A DNA stretch of 64,000 nucleotides from a virus. Made by a program: the position numbers and the translations under genes. The stretch lies in IMG/VR virus record IMGVR_UViG_3300021141_000706; one strand, given 5' to 3'. Positions 47,478 through 57,714 of the stretch are shown here, piece after piece. The notes beneath the pieces are model-generated. The model had not been told where the DNA came from. It saw only the letters and a program-made list of their open reading frames with translations, and did not search any database. Numbering within the stretch: position 1 is the stretch's first letter; each line of letters starts with the position of its first letter.

Positions 47478-50400
47478 ATGGCTTTACCAGGATTATTTCC
47501 AATTTACCCAGATCCAGTTCCAATGTTGTATCAGGTTTCGCTATCATTGCCGATGCCTGAACCAAGTAAGATAGCCTTATCTGTTGGTGTAACATCATCT
47601 AATCCATTTTTAGTTCCAAATGTAGATTTCCTACAAAGTTTCATCAAAGGTGATATTGGTATCAGTGATAAGATGATGAAAGAAGCAATGTTTAAGAATT
47701 TTAATAGTCCTATTGCTCAGAAAGATGAAAAAGTATTCAAACAATTTGCTAAAGTAACAAATTTTGATATACCAGATGTTAATAAATATAAAAAAGATGG
47801 TAAGATTAAACTTCCAAAAGAAGATGTTAATTTACCACCAATGGATGGTATTGGTTTTAAAGGTTTTGAAAAAACAATGCTAACATCAATGTTTGAAACT
47901 CAAAAGCCTTACTTTGAAGTTGCTAAATTAGTAATTGGTAATATTGCTAAGATAGAAGACATTATTGCTAGAGTTATGCCTTTATTGGGTGTTCCATTAT
48001 CAACAAAGTCGTTAAAACCTGTTGGTAATATTGGAGTTAATGATGGTAGACCAAAAGCAATTGGATATCAAAATGCTAAAGAAATAAAAGTTGCTCTTGC
48101 TAAGTTACAAGAGTTCTCTAAAAGTGGTTCTAGAGTAAAGATTGATAAGTATGGTAATGCTGAAAGAATTAAAGATCCAATTGGACCAACTGCTAGTGCT
48201 GCCGGCCCTGGTTCAAATCAAGATGCTAGCGGTAATAAAACTTGGGAAATAGTATCAACTGTTTATTCAACTGGTGTTTTCAAGCCAGATATTGAGTACA
48301 AATATATTTATGTTGACTTACCACCTGAAAAAGAAAAGCCAGAAGAAGTAACTGATTTAAATTTAGAAGATGATGACCCATACAACAAATATAAACCTGA
48401 AAGAATTATCTTAGGTATATTTAGAGCTGATGGTACACCACTTAATCCTAATGAAATACTTAAAACTGTTGGATTAGATTCAAACTTTAATTTAACCTAT
48501 GTTAATACACCATTCAAAAGAGCTGATTGGATGTTAAGATCACCAAAGTGGCAAATGGATAATCTTTATCCAAATAATGAAATAACACTAGCAGAGCCTG
48601 TCAGAAATGCTTGGCCCTCTTTAGGTTCTCCAACATTTACTTGGGAAAGATATGCTGGTGTAGATAAACAAAATAGTAAAACTAAACCAAATCATAATAA
48701 TCCTGGTCAAGAGTGGCAATTGAAAAAGTATAAAAAGGGTGACAAGAATTTAATAAACAATGAAGACGCTATTGAAGGTTCTCCAGTTATTGTTAGTTTT
48801 GATTTAACTGATACTGATTCACATAAGTCATTTTTTACTGATATTGTTAAGTATAAAATGTATCAACAAGAAGAGGTTGCTGATTTTTCAGTAGAACCTA
48901 AATTACACACAGAAAGAATTGAAAAGGATAAAGTAGCTAGTGTTATAATTAATAATTTTAATGTTCCGGCCCACGTTCAGAATGTTTATTTATATGGACA
49001 AGCTAAAGCTTCTGTTTATAAAGAAGTTAACGGTAAACCAGCTTTTCCAGACTTAATGAGAATGTCATTTAAACCATTTAGATTTTATTCAAATGATGCC
49101 AAGTATGATGGTAAAATAACAGAATATAATAAAACACAAAATATACCAGCTGGTTATATTTGGATTGACCCAGAAGCTGACTATGAGACAAAAATAATTA
49201 GAATTGATCCAAGTACAAATATTGAGTTTGAAGAAGCTAAAGGTGAAGCAGAGATTAAATCTAATATTAAATCATTTGTTAAAAACAAAGTTATATTCAA
49301 AGTTTCTAATAATCAAAATTTCAATATTGATATAAGAAAGAATAATTTAAATGTAGAATCATTTACCAATGTTAATGAATATGTTTTAGAAAATTGGAAT
49401 TATAAGTCAGATGTTTCACTTGCTCCTGAAAAAAGAATTGAAAACGGTAATACTTATGTAGCTTCTATTTGGTCTGAAAATTCAATAAAAGAATATGCTG
49501 ATAAATCAGGCACAATCATTCTACGCAGAGAATTAGGCGCTTTGAGTCTATCGGACTTATTAAATGGAAGTAATAACTTACTAAATGTTTATCAATTAGT
49601 TAAGAGTAATCGTATATGGCAGTATCAAAAGTATAAATGGATAATGTCAACTAAACAAATAGCTATATTAAGTATGGTAGGAATGACATCACCTGCTTTA
49701 TTAATCTCATTAGTTTCTATTTATGAGAATGATCCAAATGCTAATTATACTATTAATTTAAATGTAGGTGACTTTATAGATAATTTGGATGATTTGTTAA
49801 TCAATGCCTCTGATGAATTCAATAAAAAAGTTAACTTTGATTTTGACTTTGTTGGTACAACTTATCGTTTTAATTTACCAATAGGTGATATTCTTAAAGC
49901 AATAAACAATATATTACCAGATGGTGATATAAAAAATGGTATTGTTTCTAGTTTGAAAAGTATAGGTTTCTCATATACTTTTAGATTGAGAGATTTATTT
50001 CCACGCAAAGAATTTGTTAAGTTAGATGATGGTATAACTTTGTTACCAGATAAACAAAAAACTAGAATACTACTAGAAAATGGAGTAATTAAAAAATGGT
50101 ATTATACTTATAATAAATTATTTATTGGTAAACTACCAAATTTCCCAGAAAATTATGAGACTTTACCGACTTTTGGTAAAGAGAAAACACTTTTATTAGA
50201 CTATGATAAATCATTAGATGAGAATTCTAACTTATTAATAACATCAACCTCAAAAGATATTCCTCTTTATAAAATAAAAGCAGAGAATACTAACTTTCCT
50301 TATGGTAAGATAATTGATCCATCAAAGATTACAAATGATGCTTTAACTAAAGATGAATTATTTTCTACTGGTAAATACGGTGCTGGTGGTCCTGAGAATC

Positions 50401-52271
50401 CTCAAGAAATTGAAGTTATTAAAAGATATATGCTTACTGACTTAGATACTGAGTCTTACTATGTTATAGAAGGTGTCTTAGTTGATAAAAATAAACAAAC
50501 TGAAGATGTTAAAGTAGGTGCCGGTGCGGGAGGACCAGGTGGTGGATATTATAAACTACCACACGCTATTGGCGCGGCTAAAGTATTTTTATCATTTGTA
50601 GTTGATATTGTAACAAAACTTATTCCACAAATAGTAAAACTCATTTCTTTATTTACCAACCCAGCAAAATTTGTTGTTGAGATATTAAAAGAAAAAATGG
50701 GTGAAGGTTTTTCTATCTTTTCAAAAGATTCTTTTAAAGCATTTGAATCTGCTAAGAAAGAAAAAGATAAAATGAAAGATAAGAAACCATCGGAAAGATC
50801 TAGAAATGTAAAAGATATATTTAAGAATTCACCTATTTCAAATCACGTTTTTGTTAATAAAAAAGGCGATTATAAATTTCTTTTAGATGGATTAGCTTTG
50901 TTACCGTTTTCTATTTTTGGAAAAGATTTACCATTTGGAATGGATATGAACTTTGATAAACTACCTGATGGTGTTCCAATAAATTTAATATTCAAAGAAA
51001 GTTTAGATAAAGCAAAAGTAAAAAACATTCAAGATTTCTTAAAACCAAAAATAAAAGATTTCAAAGGAACAGGTGCTAATGGCTTAGCAGGTGGTTTGAA
51101 CTTGTCAGAGTTAAAGTCATTTAAGGATGATCCTCTTTATAAATCAACTAAAGATAAAGGTAAAATTAATCCAAATGATAACTTTGATATTCTAGATATC
51201 AAATACTCAACCGGTTCATTTATAAATGGTGTTAACTATAATTATGTTTATGTAAGTGAAGATACTGAGAAATTATTAAATGAATCTAATAATATATTAC
51301 AGACACCTGATGAATCTGTTAACTTAGAAAATGCTCAAAAGAAATTAGATGAGTTAGATAATGCTTTGAAAAAAGATCCTACTAACAAAGCTCTGAAAGA
51401 TATGATTGGTAAACTTAAAGCTAAGTTTAGAGGGTTAAATGATAACTCACAACCTCTTCTAAAAATGTTATTAGGTTTTGTAACACTACCTATAAAAATA
51501 ATAGGTGGTATAATTAAATGGTTAATGGATTTCTTCAAAGGTCTAACAAATCCTCTTACACTTCCATCGAAAATAGTTGAGTTGTTATCTTTTAGTTGGC
51601 TAATGAAATTTCTCACACCATTAGGTATATTAGAATTGGCTGGTGTTAAATTTGAGCCTAAAAAATTGGCTGAGTGGTGTGCTTTAGTTAAAGTTCCAAA
51701 CCCAAAACCACCAAATGTCGCTCCTAAAATTCCAGATGGTTTTAATCTACCAACTGATCTTCCTTATAAAGATGCTTCACCAAAAGGTAAGTTTTTGATA
51801 CCGGATGACTATGAGTTAGTAGATTTGAATCAAGTTATTAGTATGCCGTTTATGCCTAAGTTACCAACTTATACCGCTAGACAATATAGAGAAAACTGTG
51901 TTAGACCTGTTAAATTAATAGTTCCATTCCTTTGTTTATTTGAAAAAGTAATCAATGGTATTATTGATTTTATTTGGTCAACATTAGGACTTGAGGCTTT
52001 AATACCAGCACCTCATATTAAATTATGTAGCAAATCACCTGATCCAGATATAAGTGATTTGGTGAAAATTAAAAAAGATTTAGAAAAAGACAGTAGTGAA
52101 CCTACAAAAGATACTGGTGATACTAATAAAGATAATGTTATACCAACAGATGCTGGATTTTTATATGATATTACACTTGATGATGGTACTGTTATCAAAG
52201 GTTTAGACTATGATGGTCTTCAAAAATACGTCAAAGACCACGAAGATATTGGATATGATTTTAAATTCTAA
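47478..52271 (+). CDS. Large (1597 aa) late protein, probably virion-associated
   Basis: AATATATA at 47450-47457, Pro-rich ends, amphipathic helices in the C-terminal third. No family recognised. Confidence 0.7.
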   Translation: MALPGLFPIYPDPVPMLYQVSLSLPMPEPSKIALSVGVTSSNPFLVPNVDFLQSFIKGDIGISDKMMKEAMFKNFNSPIAQKDEKVFKQFAKVTNFDIPDVNKYKKDGKIKLPKEDVNLPPMDGIGFKGFEKTMLTSMFETQKPYFEVAKLVIGNIAKIEDIIARVMPLLGVPLSTKSLKPVGNIGVNDGRPKAIGYQNAKEIKVALAKLQEFSKSGSRVKIDKYGNAERIKDPIGPTASAAGPGSNQDASGNKTWEIVSTVYSTGVFKPDIEYKYIYVDLPPEKEKPEEVTDLNLEDDDPYNKYKPERIILGIFRADGTPLNPNEILKTVGLDSNFNLTYVNTPFKRADWMLRSPKWQMDNLYPNNEITLAEPVRNAWPSLGSPTFTWERYAGVDKQNSKTKPNHNNPGQEWQLKKYKKGDKNLINNEDAIEGSPVIVSFDLTDTDSHKSFFTDIVKYKMYQQEEVADFSVEPKLHTERIEKDKVASVIINNFNVPAHVQNVYLYGQAKASVYKEVNGKPAFPDLMRMSFKPFRFYSNDAKYDGKITEYNKTQNIPAGYIWIDPEADYETKIIRIDPSTNIEFEEAKGEAEIKSNIKSFVKNKVIFKVSNNQNFNIDIRKNNLNVESFTNVNEYVLENWNYKSDVSLAPEKRIENGNTYVASIWSENSIKEYADKSGTIILRRELGALSLSDLLNGSNNLLNVYQLVKSNRIWQYQKYKWIMSTKQIAILSMVGMTSPALLISLVSIYENDPNANYTINLNVGDFIDNLDDLLINASDEFNKKVNFDFDFVGTTYRFNLPIGDILKAINNILPDGDIKNGIVSSLKSIGFSYTFRLRDLFPRKEFVKLDDGITLLPDKQKTRILLENGVIKKWYYTYNKLFIGKLPNFPENYETLPTFGKEKTLLLDYDKSLDENSNLLITSTSKDIPLYKIKAENTNFPYGKIIDPSKITNDALTKDELFSTGKYGAGGPENPQEIEVIKRYMLTDLDTESYYVIEGVLVDKNKQTEDVKVGAGAGGPGGGYYKLPHAIGAAKVFLSFVVDIVTKLIPQIVKLISLFTNPAKFVVEILKEKMGEGFSIFSKDSFKAFESAKKEKDKMKDKKPSERSRNVKDIFKNSPISNHVFVNKKGDYKFLLDGLALLPFSIFGKDLPFGMDMNFDKLPDGVPINLIFKESLDKAKVKNIQDFLKPKIKDFKGTGANGLAGGLNLSELKSFKDDPLYKSTKDKGKINPNDNFDILDIKYSTGSFINGVNYNYVYVSEDTEKLLNESNNILQTPDESVNLENAQKKLDELDNALKKDPTNKALKDMIGKLKAKFRGLNDNSQPLLKMLLGFVTLPIKIIGGIIKWLMDFFKGLTNPLTLPSKIVELLSFSWLMKFLTPLGILELAGVKFEPKKLAEWCALVKVPNPKPPNVAPKIPDGFNLPTDLPYKDASPKGKFLIPDDYELVDLNQVISMPFMPKLPTYTARQYRENCVRPVKLIVPFLCLFEKVINGIIDFIWSTLGLEALIPAPHIKLCSKSPDPDISDLVKIKKDLEKDSSEPTKDTGDTNKDNVIPTDAGFLYDITLDDGTVIKGLDYDGLQKYVKDHEDIGYDFKF

Positions 52272-52322
52272 TAAACATTTTAATTAACTTTAGATATAAC
52301 TAAAAACATAAAAATAATTCAT

Positions 52323-52538
52323 ATGGGAAAAGCAGCAAAAGAACATCGTAGAAAAGTTCAAGCAAGAAACAACAAATTAAAGCAAGAAAAAGACAAGGTT
52401 CAAAAGTTTCAAAGAGAGTTTATCATGAATATGATTAAACAAGAACAAGAAAAAGGAATGTTTGAAAATAATCAAACTATCAACCCAGTCATTGACGGAC
52501 CAGCTATCGATACAACAATTGAAGGACCTTCAATTTAA
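52323..52538 (+). CDS. Small basic protein
   Basis: MGKAAKEHRRKVQARN, 71 aa. Confidence 0.72.
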   Translation: MGKAAKEHRRKVQARNNKLKQEKDKVQKFQREFIMNMIKQEQEKGMFENNQTINPVIDGPAIDTTIEGPSI

Positions 52539-52549
52539 TATTATTTAAA

Positions 52550-52726
52550 CTAGATAAGGCTTTGTTTGATTGAACTAGATAATTTAGTTCTTTCAAACAA
52601 AGCCTTATTTATTTTAGCAACCAGATACTTTCTAGCTAGTTCCGTCTTAGGGCAAGATGGTTTTTCCATCTTACACTTAATTAAGTACCAATTTGCTAAA
52701 AGAATTGAATCTACGTCTTGTTTCAT
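52550..52726 (-). CDS. Possible 58-aa basic ORF not in the track (MKQDVDSILLANWYLIKCKMEK...)
   Basis: Translated by hand from ATG 52726 to TAG 52550. A TATATATA element lies about 25 nt upstream. Confidence 0.45.
   Translation of the reverse strand: MKQDVDSILLANWYLIKCKMEKPSCPKTELARKYLVAKINKALFERTKLSSSIKQSLI
52554..52608. repeat. Long inverted repeat (16-bp perfect outer arms plus inner stem)
   Basis: ataaggctttgtttga / tcaaacaaagccttat, inner gaacta/tagttc. Confidence 0.8.
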
Positions 52727-52784
52727 TTATTAAATAAACTTTTAATGACATTATATATAAAAAAATAAAACTAATTTTCTTATT

Positions 52785-53870
52785 TTGAAAAATAAATCTA
52801 AATACATCGGTCCAACTCTAAATCTTAATGTAAATAAAGATGATGCTGAGTTAAATGACTTTTTATATTGTTGGGAGCAATTTGAATCTCGACCTAATAA
52901 AATAGTTATACATAATACATATTCAACAAAATTATTTGTTGATGTATTAAACACATACATAATTGAAAGAAACTTCTTTACTGAGGTTTTACCAGATGAA
53001 GAAAAATTCATCATCAATGATAAAATGTTTGTTAAATTAAGTGAAGATACTTATTGTTCTTATATCATAATTGATAGAAAACATGAAAACTCTATGGTTA
53101 ATGAAGTAACCTTCTTTTATAAATCAGAAGATAACTTTGAAACTATACAAGAAATAGTTGAAAAATTAAATGATTGTATTGTTAATTTTGAAGAAGATGA
53201 ATCTAATAAGTTAAGCACCATAGCTCTCAGTTCTACAAGTGGTTTAGAAATTGAACCAATTGATATGTCTGAGTTTGATATTGATAACTTCTCACTTTAC
53301 TATGCTAAACAAACTGGAAAAGATATTAATAAACTTATAAAAGAAATTAAGAAGTCTAATAAAGGTTTAAGTATTCTTCACGGTGAAAGAGGTACTGGTA
53401 AAACATCTGTTATCAACTACATAGCTTCTAAATTAGACAGAACTGTTATCTTCATACCTAACAATATGATCGAACACACTATAAACAATCCAGAGTTCAG
53501 AAAGTTCTTAAAAAGATATAGTAAGCCAGTTATTATTATAGATGATTGTGAAATGCTTTTTCACGAATACTTTACTAAATCTAATATGTTCGCAAATAAT
53601 CTTTTACAAATGGTTGATGGTTTTTTATCAGATTCAATGGAAGTTAATATAATTGCTATATTTAATGTTGAAGATGAAGATGAAATAGATCATTCACTCT
53701 TAGAATCAAATAACTTAATCAGAGTAATTGACTTTGAATATTTATCACCAATTGAATCGGTAGAGTTATCTGAATATCTAGGTAATAATAAACAATATAA
53801 AAACAAAACTACGGTTTTAGATATAATAAGGAATAAGAAACCTAAAGAACGTAAAGAGTTTGGTTTCTAA
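52785..53870 (+). CDS. AAA+ ATPase
   Basis: HGERGTGKT, IIIDDCE, NLLQMVDGFL; TTG start. Confidence 0.82.
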   Translation: MKNKSKYIGPTLNLNVNKDDAELNDFLYCWEQFESRPNKIVIHNTYSTKLFVDVLNTYIIERNFFTEVLPDEEKFIINDKMFVKLSEDTYCSYIIIDRKHENSMVNEVTFFYKSEDNFETIQEIVEKLNDCIVNFEEDESNKLSTIALSSTSGLEIEPIDMSEFDIDNFSLYYAKQTGKDINKLIKEIKKSNKGLSILHGERGTGKTSVINYIASKLDRTVIFIPNNMIEHTINNPEFRKFLKRYSKPVIIIDDCEMLFHEYFTKSNMFANNLLQMVDGFLSDSMEVNIIAIFNVEDEDEIDHSLLESNNLIRVIDFEYLSPIESVELSEYLGNNKQYKNKTTVLDIIRNKKPKERKEFGF

Positions 53871-53886
53871 AAAAAATATATATACT

Positions 53887-54219
53887 ATGATTTCGGAACT
53901 AAAAGACGATGAGATACTTGAATTTCTAATGACTTCAGAGTTTGAGGATGATTATTCTCCAACTGAGTTAAAGTATTTATTAATTAAATGGAGATATTTT
54001 TATAGACTTAAACAAGGAAACTTAGAAAGAAAAACAGTTGACTTTGAAGGTCAAATACAAAATTTGGAAAATAAAATTAAAGGTCAAGAAAAAGAAAAAT
54101 TGAATTTACAAGTTCAATTAGCTGATAAGCAAAACGTCATTGATAGTATGAAAAACAGAAATCTTACACTCAAGGAAAGATGGTCTGGAAAAATTATTCT
54201 TAAAGAAAATGAAAATTAA
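53887..54219 (+). CDS. Coiled-coil hypothetical protein
   Basis: ATG at 53887 just after AATATATA (53875-53882). Confidence 0.68.
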   Translation: MISELKDDEILEFLMTSEFEDDYSPTELKYLLIKWRYFYRLKQGNLERKTVDFEGQIQNLENKIKGQEKEKLNLQVQLADKQNVIDSMKNRNLTLKERWSGKIILKENEN

Positions 54220-55333
54220 TGAATTTAAAAAATTAGAAGAAAAAATAAATGGTCAGAATTTTAACCAAGGATATAAAAATATCAATGTGGTTATGTTATT
54301 ACTTTCTATTTTTGGACACTTTGCTTCTATATTTTTAGCTTACTTTGCTTTATCAAAAGTATTAGGTGGTGTTATTGAAAATAATCCTGTTGCTGTATTT
54401 ATAGCTTCTATTGTTATGTTAAGTGGTCTTGAATTACTTAAAAGAGATATCTTTGATAAATTTAGTATTCAATATTTAAAGGTCAAAGCATTCACAAAAG
54501 ATGTTTTACCTTTATTTATATTAAGTTTAGCAATTATTGGTACATCATTTTATGCTTCTATTAATGGTGCTAAAGAATTCTCTTCTAAAGAAGCTGTAAT
54601 TGAACAAACTCAAAAAGAAAATGTTAATCAATTCTCTGATAGTTTAACTAAAGTTTATAATGTTAAAATTACTGATATTGAGGCTGAGATTAAAGTAAAC
54701 AAAGATAAGCTTGATGCTAAAGATAAAGAACAAACTGAACTTGAAGCAATTCAACCACCAACTCGTTCTCAAAAAAGTAGAATAAAAGACTTAAAAGATG
54801 AGAAAACAACTTTAAGATCAGATATTACTAAATTAGAAGCAGATGAGACTACTGTTAAGACTGAACTTGCTACTAAAATTAAAGAACACGAAACAACTGT
54901 TGGAGCTGAGACAGAAGATAAAAAGAAAGATAATAGTTCAAACTCATTGGCTTTTATCTTAATCTCAACTTTAATTGAGTTAGTTATCTTAGCTGGTGTT
55001 TATTTTAACGAATACTATAAATTCCGTTCTTATAAAGAATTTAGAGATAGACTTGAAAAAGATCCTAACTATCAAAAATGGATGCTTTACGATCAGATGC
55101 TAAATATTATTTACACAGAAGATACTAAAATGAATCAAAAGTTACCTGCTAATAAAGGTATTGCTGATATGTGTAAAGTAAATGATATTATTGTTATGCC
55201 TAAAGATGTAACAGACTTCTTAAAAGTTATGAATGGGTTAGGTATTATCAAAACATCAGGCTCAAGTAGATATGTTAACAAACAAAGAGATTTAGCTTTT
55301 GAGATTCTAAGAAAACAATTTAATATTCAATAA
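54209..55333 (+). CDS. Multi-pass membrane protein with a long coiled coil
   Basis: Three N-terminal TMs, ~120-aa coiled coil, fourth TM, soluble tail. Confidence 0.75.
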   Translation: MKINEFKKLEEKINGQNFNQGYKNINVVMLLLSIFGHFASIFLAYFALSKVLGGVIENNPVAVFIASIVMLSGLELLKRDIFDKFSIQYLKVKAFTKDVLPLFILSLAIIGTSFYASINGAKEFSSKEAVIEQTQKENVNQFSDSLTKVYNVKITDIEAEIKVNKDKLDAKDKEQTELEAIQPPTRSQKSRIKDLKDEKTTLRSDITKLEADETTVKTELATKIKEHETTVGAETEDKKKDNSSNSLAFILISTLIELVILAGVYFNEYYKFRSYKEFRDRLEKDPNYQKWMLYDQMLNIIYTEDTKMNQKLPANKGIADMCKVNDIIVMPKDVTDFLKVMNGLGIIKTSGSSRYVNKQRDLAFEILRKQFNIQ

Positions 55334-55362
55334 TAAAAAAGCCACTCTATGAGTGGCTTTTT
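55334..55362 (+). terminator. Intrinsic terminator
   Basis: aaaagccactc-tat-gagtggcttttt. Confidence 0.8.
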
Positions 55363-55435
55363 TATTTGTACTAAAGAATAAAATCCAAAGAAAGTGTCAT
55401 TTTTAATATATAAACCATAAAAAATAAAAATATTT

Positions 55436-55651
55436 ATGGAATACTTAGACAAATATGACAAATTAGTTAAGTTACTTACTGAGGATTTTGAAATCGAAGG
55501 AAAGAATTTTAACTTGAAAGAAGACTTTGAAAAGTTTTTTGTTAAAGGAAACAAAACAGCAGGTACTCGTATCAGAAGAGCCATGCAAGAGTTAAAAAAG
55601 ATATCTCAAGAAGTTAGAAATGATGTTCAAGAGTACAAAGGTAAAATATAA
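55436..55651 (+). CDS. Hc1-like (histone H1-like) small DNA-binding protein
   Basis: KFFVKGNKTAGTRIRRAMQELK...R signature; AATATATA at 55405-55412. Confidence 0.8.
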   Translation: MEYLDKYDKLVKLLTEDFEIEGKNFNLKEDFEKFFVKGNKTAGTRIRRAMQELKKISQEVRNDVQEYKGKI

Positions 55652-55669
55652 ATTACTTAAATCATTAAT

Positions 55670-55697
55670 AAAAGTCGAACAAATGTTCGACTTTTTT
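55670..55697 (+). terminator. Intrinsic terminator
   Basis: aaaagtcgaaca-aa-tgttcgactttt. Confidence 0.75.
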
Positions 55698-55719
55698 CAT
55701 TTAGAAAAATATAAATAAA

Positions 55720-56595
55720 ATGATAACCATAATCGCTCATAACAATAATTCTGGACTAACAAAAGATATAATTATACTCACTGATATTTTAAGTAAGATA
55801 GGTAAAGTTGAATTTAGAGATAATTCTGATAAGTTAGAACCACTTAGTGACGATAATGAAATTTGTATATTCTTAGAATCACTTGACAGAAGATACTATG
55901 GTAAATACAATATATTAATTCCCAATCAAGAATGGTTTTTTAGAGAATGGATTCAAGAGTTAGTAAATTTCCAATCAATTTTTGTTAAAACAAAAATAGC
56001 ATATCAAATATTTAGTAATGTACACAATAACGTTCACTACATAGGATTCACATCATTTGATATGTATAAAGATGTCGAGAAAGTAAAAGAATGTTTTCAT
56101 ACTCAAGGTAAATCGATTAATAAAGGAACAGAAATTTTAACTAATTGGAATATAAGTATGCCAAAACTTAATATAATATCGAAGAGTCAAATAATAAAAC
56201 CCAATGTTAACTTTATAGGAAATAGGTTAGATGATTCTGAATTTATAGATATGGCTAACCGAAACCTAATACACATTTGTCCATCAACTGTTGAAGGGTG
56301 GGGTCATTATATAAATGAAGCTAAATCAATGGCAAATGTTGTTGTTACAACCAACGCAAGACCAATGAGTGAATTAATAACAGACTCAAGATTTCTTTGT
56401 GAAGTAGTTGATGTTGAAAAGAGGTTCAATAAATTAGGTAAATGGTCAATAACAAACATTCAGAAAATAGAATCTGTATTATCTAACATAATAGATTTAG
56501 ACTTAATCGAAATAGGAAAACAAAATAGAATTGAATTCTTAGAGAATGATAAAGAGTTCAAGGAGAGACTTATAAACTCGATGAAGACTATTTAA
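55720..56595 (+). CDS. GT-B (GT4-like) glycosyltransferase
   Basis: GLTKD, LIPNQEWF, H..GKS..KGT, HICPS..EGWGHYINEA, TTNARPMSE. Confidence 0.78.
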   Translation: MITIIAHNNNSGLTKDIIILTDILSKIGKVEFRDNSDKLEPLSDDNEICIFLESLDRRYYGKYNILIPNQEWFFREWIQELVNFQSIFVKTKIAYQIFSNVHNNVHYIGFTSFDMYKDVEKVKECFHTQGKSINKGTEILTNWNISMPKLNIISKSQIIKPNVNFIGNRLDDSEFIDMANRNLIHICPSTVEGWGHYINEAKSMANVVVTTNARPMSELITDSRFLCEVVDVEKRFNKLGKWSITNIQKIESVLSNIIDLDLIEIGKQNRIEFLENDKEFKERLINSMKTI

Positions 56596-57052
56596 CAACT
56601 TCTATTATTACTTTGACTCTACCGGAAGATAAATTAGCAATTGAATCAAAAGCACAGATACTCAAATCAATTCTATTTGGTGACTTATTACCCATTCGGT
56701 CGATTACTTTAACAATAATAGATTCATTATTACTTAAATTAGTTACTTTCAAATAAGTTCCAAATTCTGCGTGATTATATGCTGCTGTTAAAGAATCTTT
56801 ATGAAATCTCTCACCAGATGCTGTATAGTGATTGTGTAAATTATACCAAGTAGCACTATGAATCTCGTCAAAAGATGTTTTAATTTCTTCAGGTCTAATA
56901 ATCTTAATAGAAGATTTAATGATTTTAGTTGTAGTCTTAGTATCAATGATAACAGACTTGTCGATTTTATTTACAACACTTTCTTTATCACTTTTTTGAA
57001 ATATAAACGTGATAAAAAGAGTAAGTAAAATTATTTTAATTTTTTTATTCAT
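56588..57052 (-). CDS. rlpA: RlpA-like double-psi beta-barrel lytic transglycosylase
   Basis: N-terminal anchor, ATWY..TASGERF..LTAA, FGT.LKVTN, VKVIDR, RIDLS..AF..IA. Confidence 0.88.
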   Translation of the reverse strand: MNKKIKIILLTLFITFIFQKSDKESVVNKIDKSVIIDTKTTTKIIKSSIKIIRPEEIKTSFDEIHSATWYNLHNHYTASGERFHKDSLTAAYNHAEFGTYLKVTNLSNNESIIVKVIDRMGNKSPNRIDLSICAFDSIANLSSGRVKVIIEVVK

Positions 57053-57115
57053 AATTGTTTTATAGGAAAAGCAGATTGTTGTTTTAATATATATAGTACA
57101 AATTGAGATTTATAT

Positions 57116-57700
57116 ATGAAAAAATTCAGTAACATATCAAACGTAAAGGTTTCAGAAGAACCTAAAGTAGAAGTTAAACAGTTAAACGAAGAAGAAATGT
57201 TTAAGGTTAAAGTTATGAACTTGATGGAACAACTTCTTTCTATTAGAACATATGGTCCAATTGATAGATATTTAAGAGCTGGTAGTATCAAAGTTGCTGG
57301 TAAAGAAATGTTCTTAGAAGCTTTAATGGATTTGTTAAAAGATAAATCTTCAAAAGAAGAAAAGAAAATATTAGAATCATTAAAATCCTCAGTATCTGAT
57401 TGGGAAACAATCGATTCTAAAATTGATGAGGTAAATCAAAAGATCGCTGAAGGTCAAGAAAAAGATAAAATGATTCCACATAGAAATAAACTTAAATCTC
57501 TTTATAATAATTACGGCCAAGACGAAGAAATGTTTATGAATATGGTTCAAGAGTCTTGTAGTAAAATTACAAATGCTGAATCAGCTTACCTAAGAGGTTT
57601 AACTGCTGAATATATGGCAAATGAAGGTAAATATCCAAAAGAAGTATTTACTAAAGTATCTGAGTTATTTAAGGAAAAGTCTAAACAATTAAGTAATTAA
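57116..57700 (+). CDS. Hypothetical late protein
   Basis: AATATATA at 57086-57093, weak leader MKKFSNI. Confidence 0.72.
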   Translation: MKKFSNISNVKVSEEPKVEVKQLNEEEMFKVKVMNLMEQLLSIRTYGPIDRYLRAGSIKVAGKEMFLEALMDLLKDKSSKEEKKILESLKSSVSDWETIDSKIDEVNQKIAEGQEKDKMIPHRNKLKSLYNNYGQDEEMFMNMVQESCSKITNAESAYLRGLTAEYMANEGKYPKEVFTKVSELFKEKSKQLSN

Positions 57701-57714
57701 TTCATAAAATCTTT

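Noticed and set aside
47478-52271. Tape-measure protein or RNA polymerase subunit
   Set aside because: It lacks the periodic Ala/Gly-rich helical repeats of tape measures and any DxDGD motif, and is Pro- and aromatic-rich.
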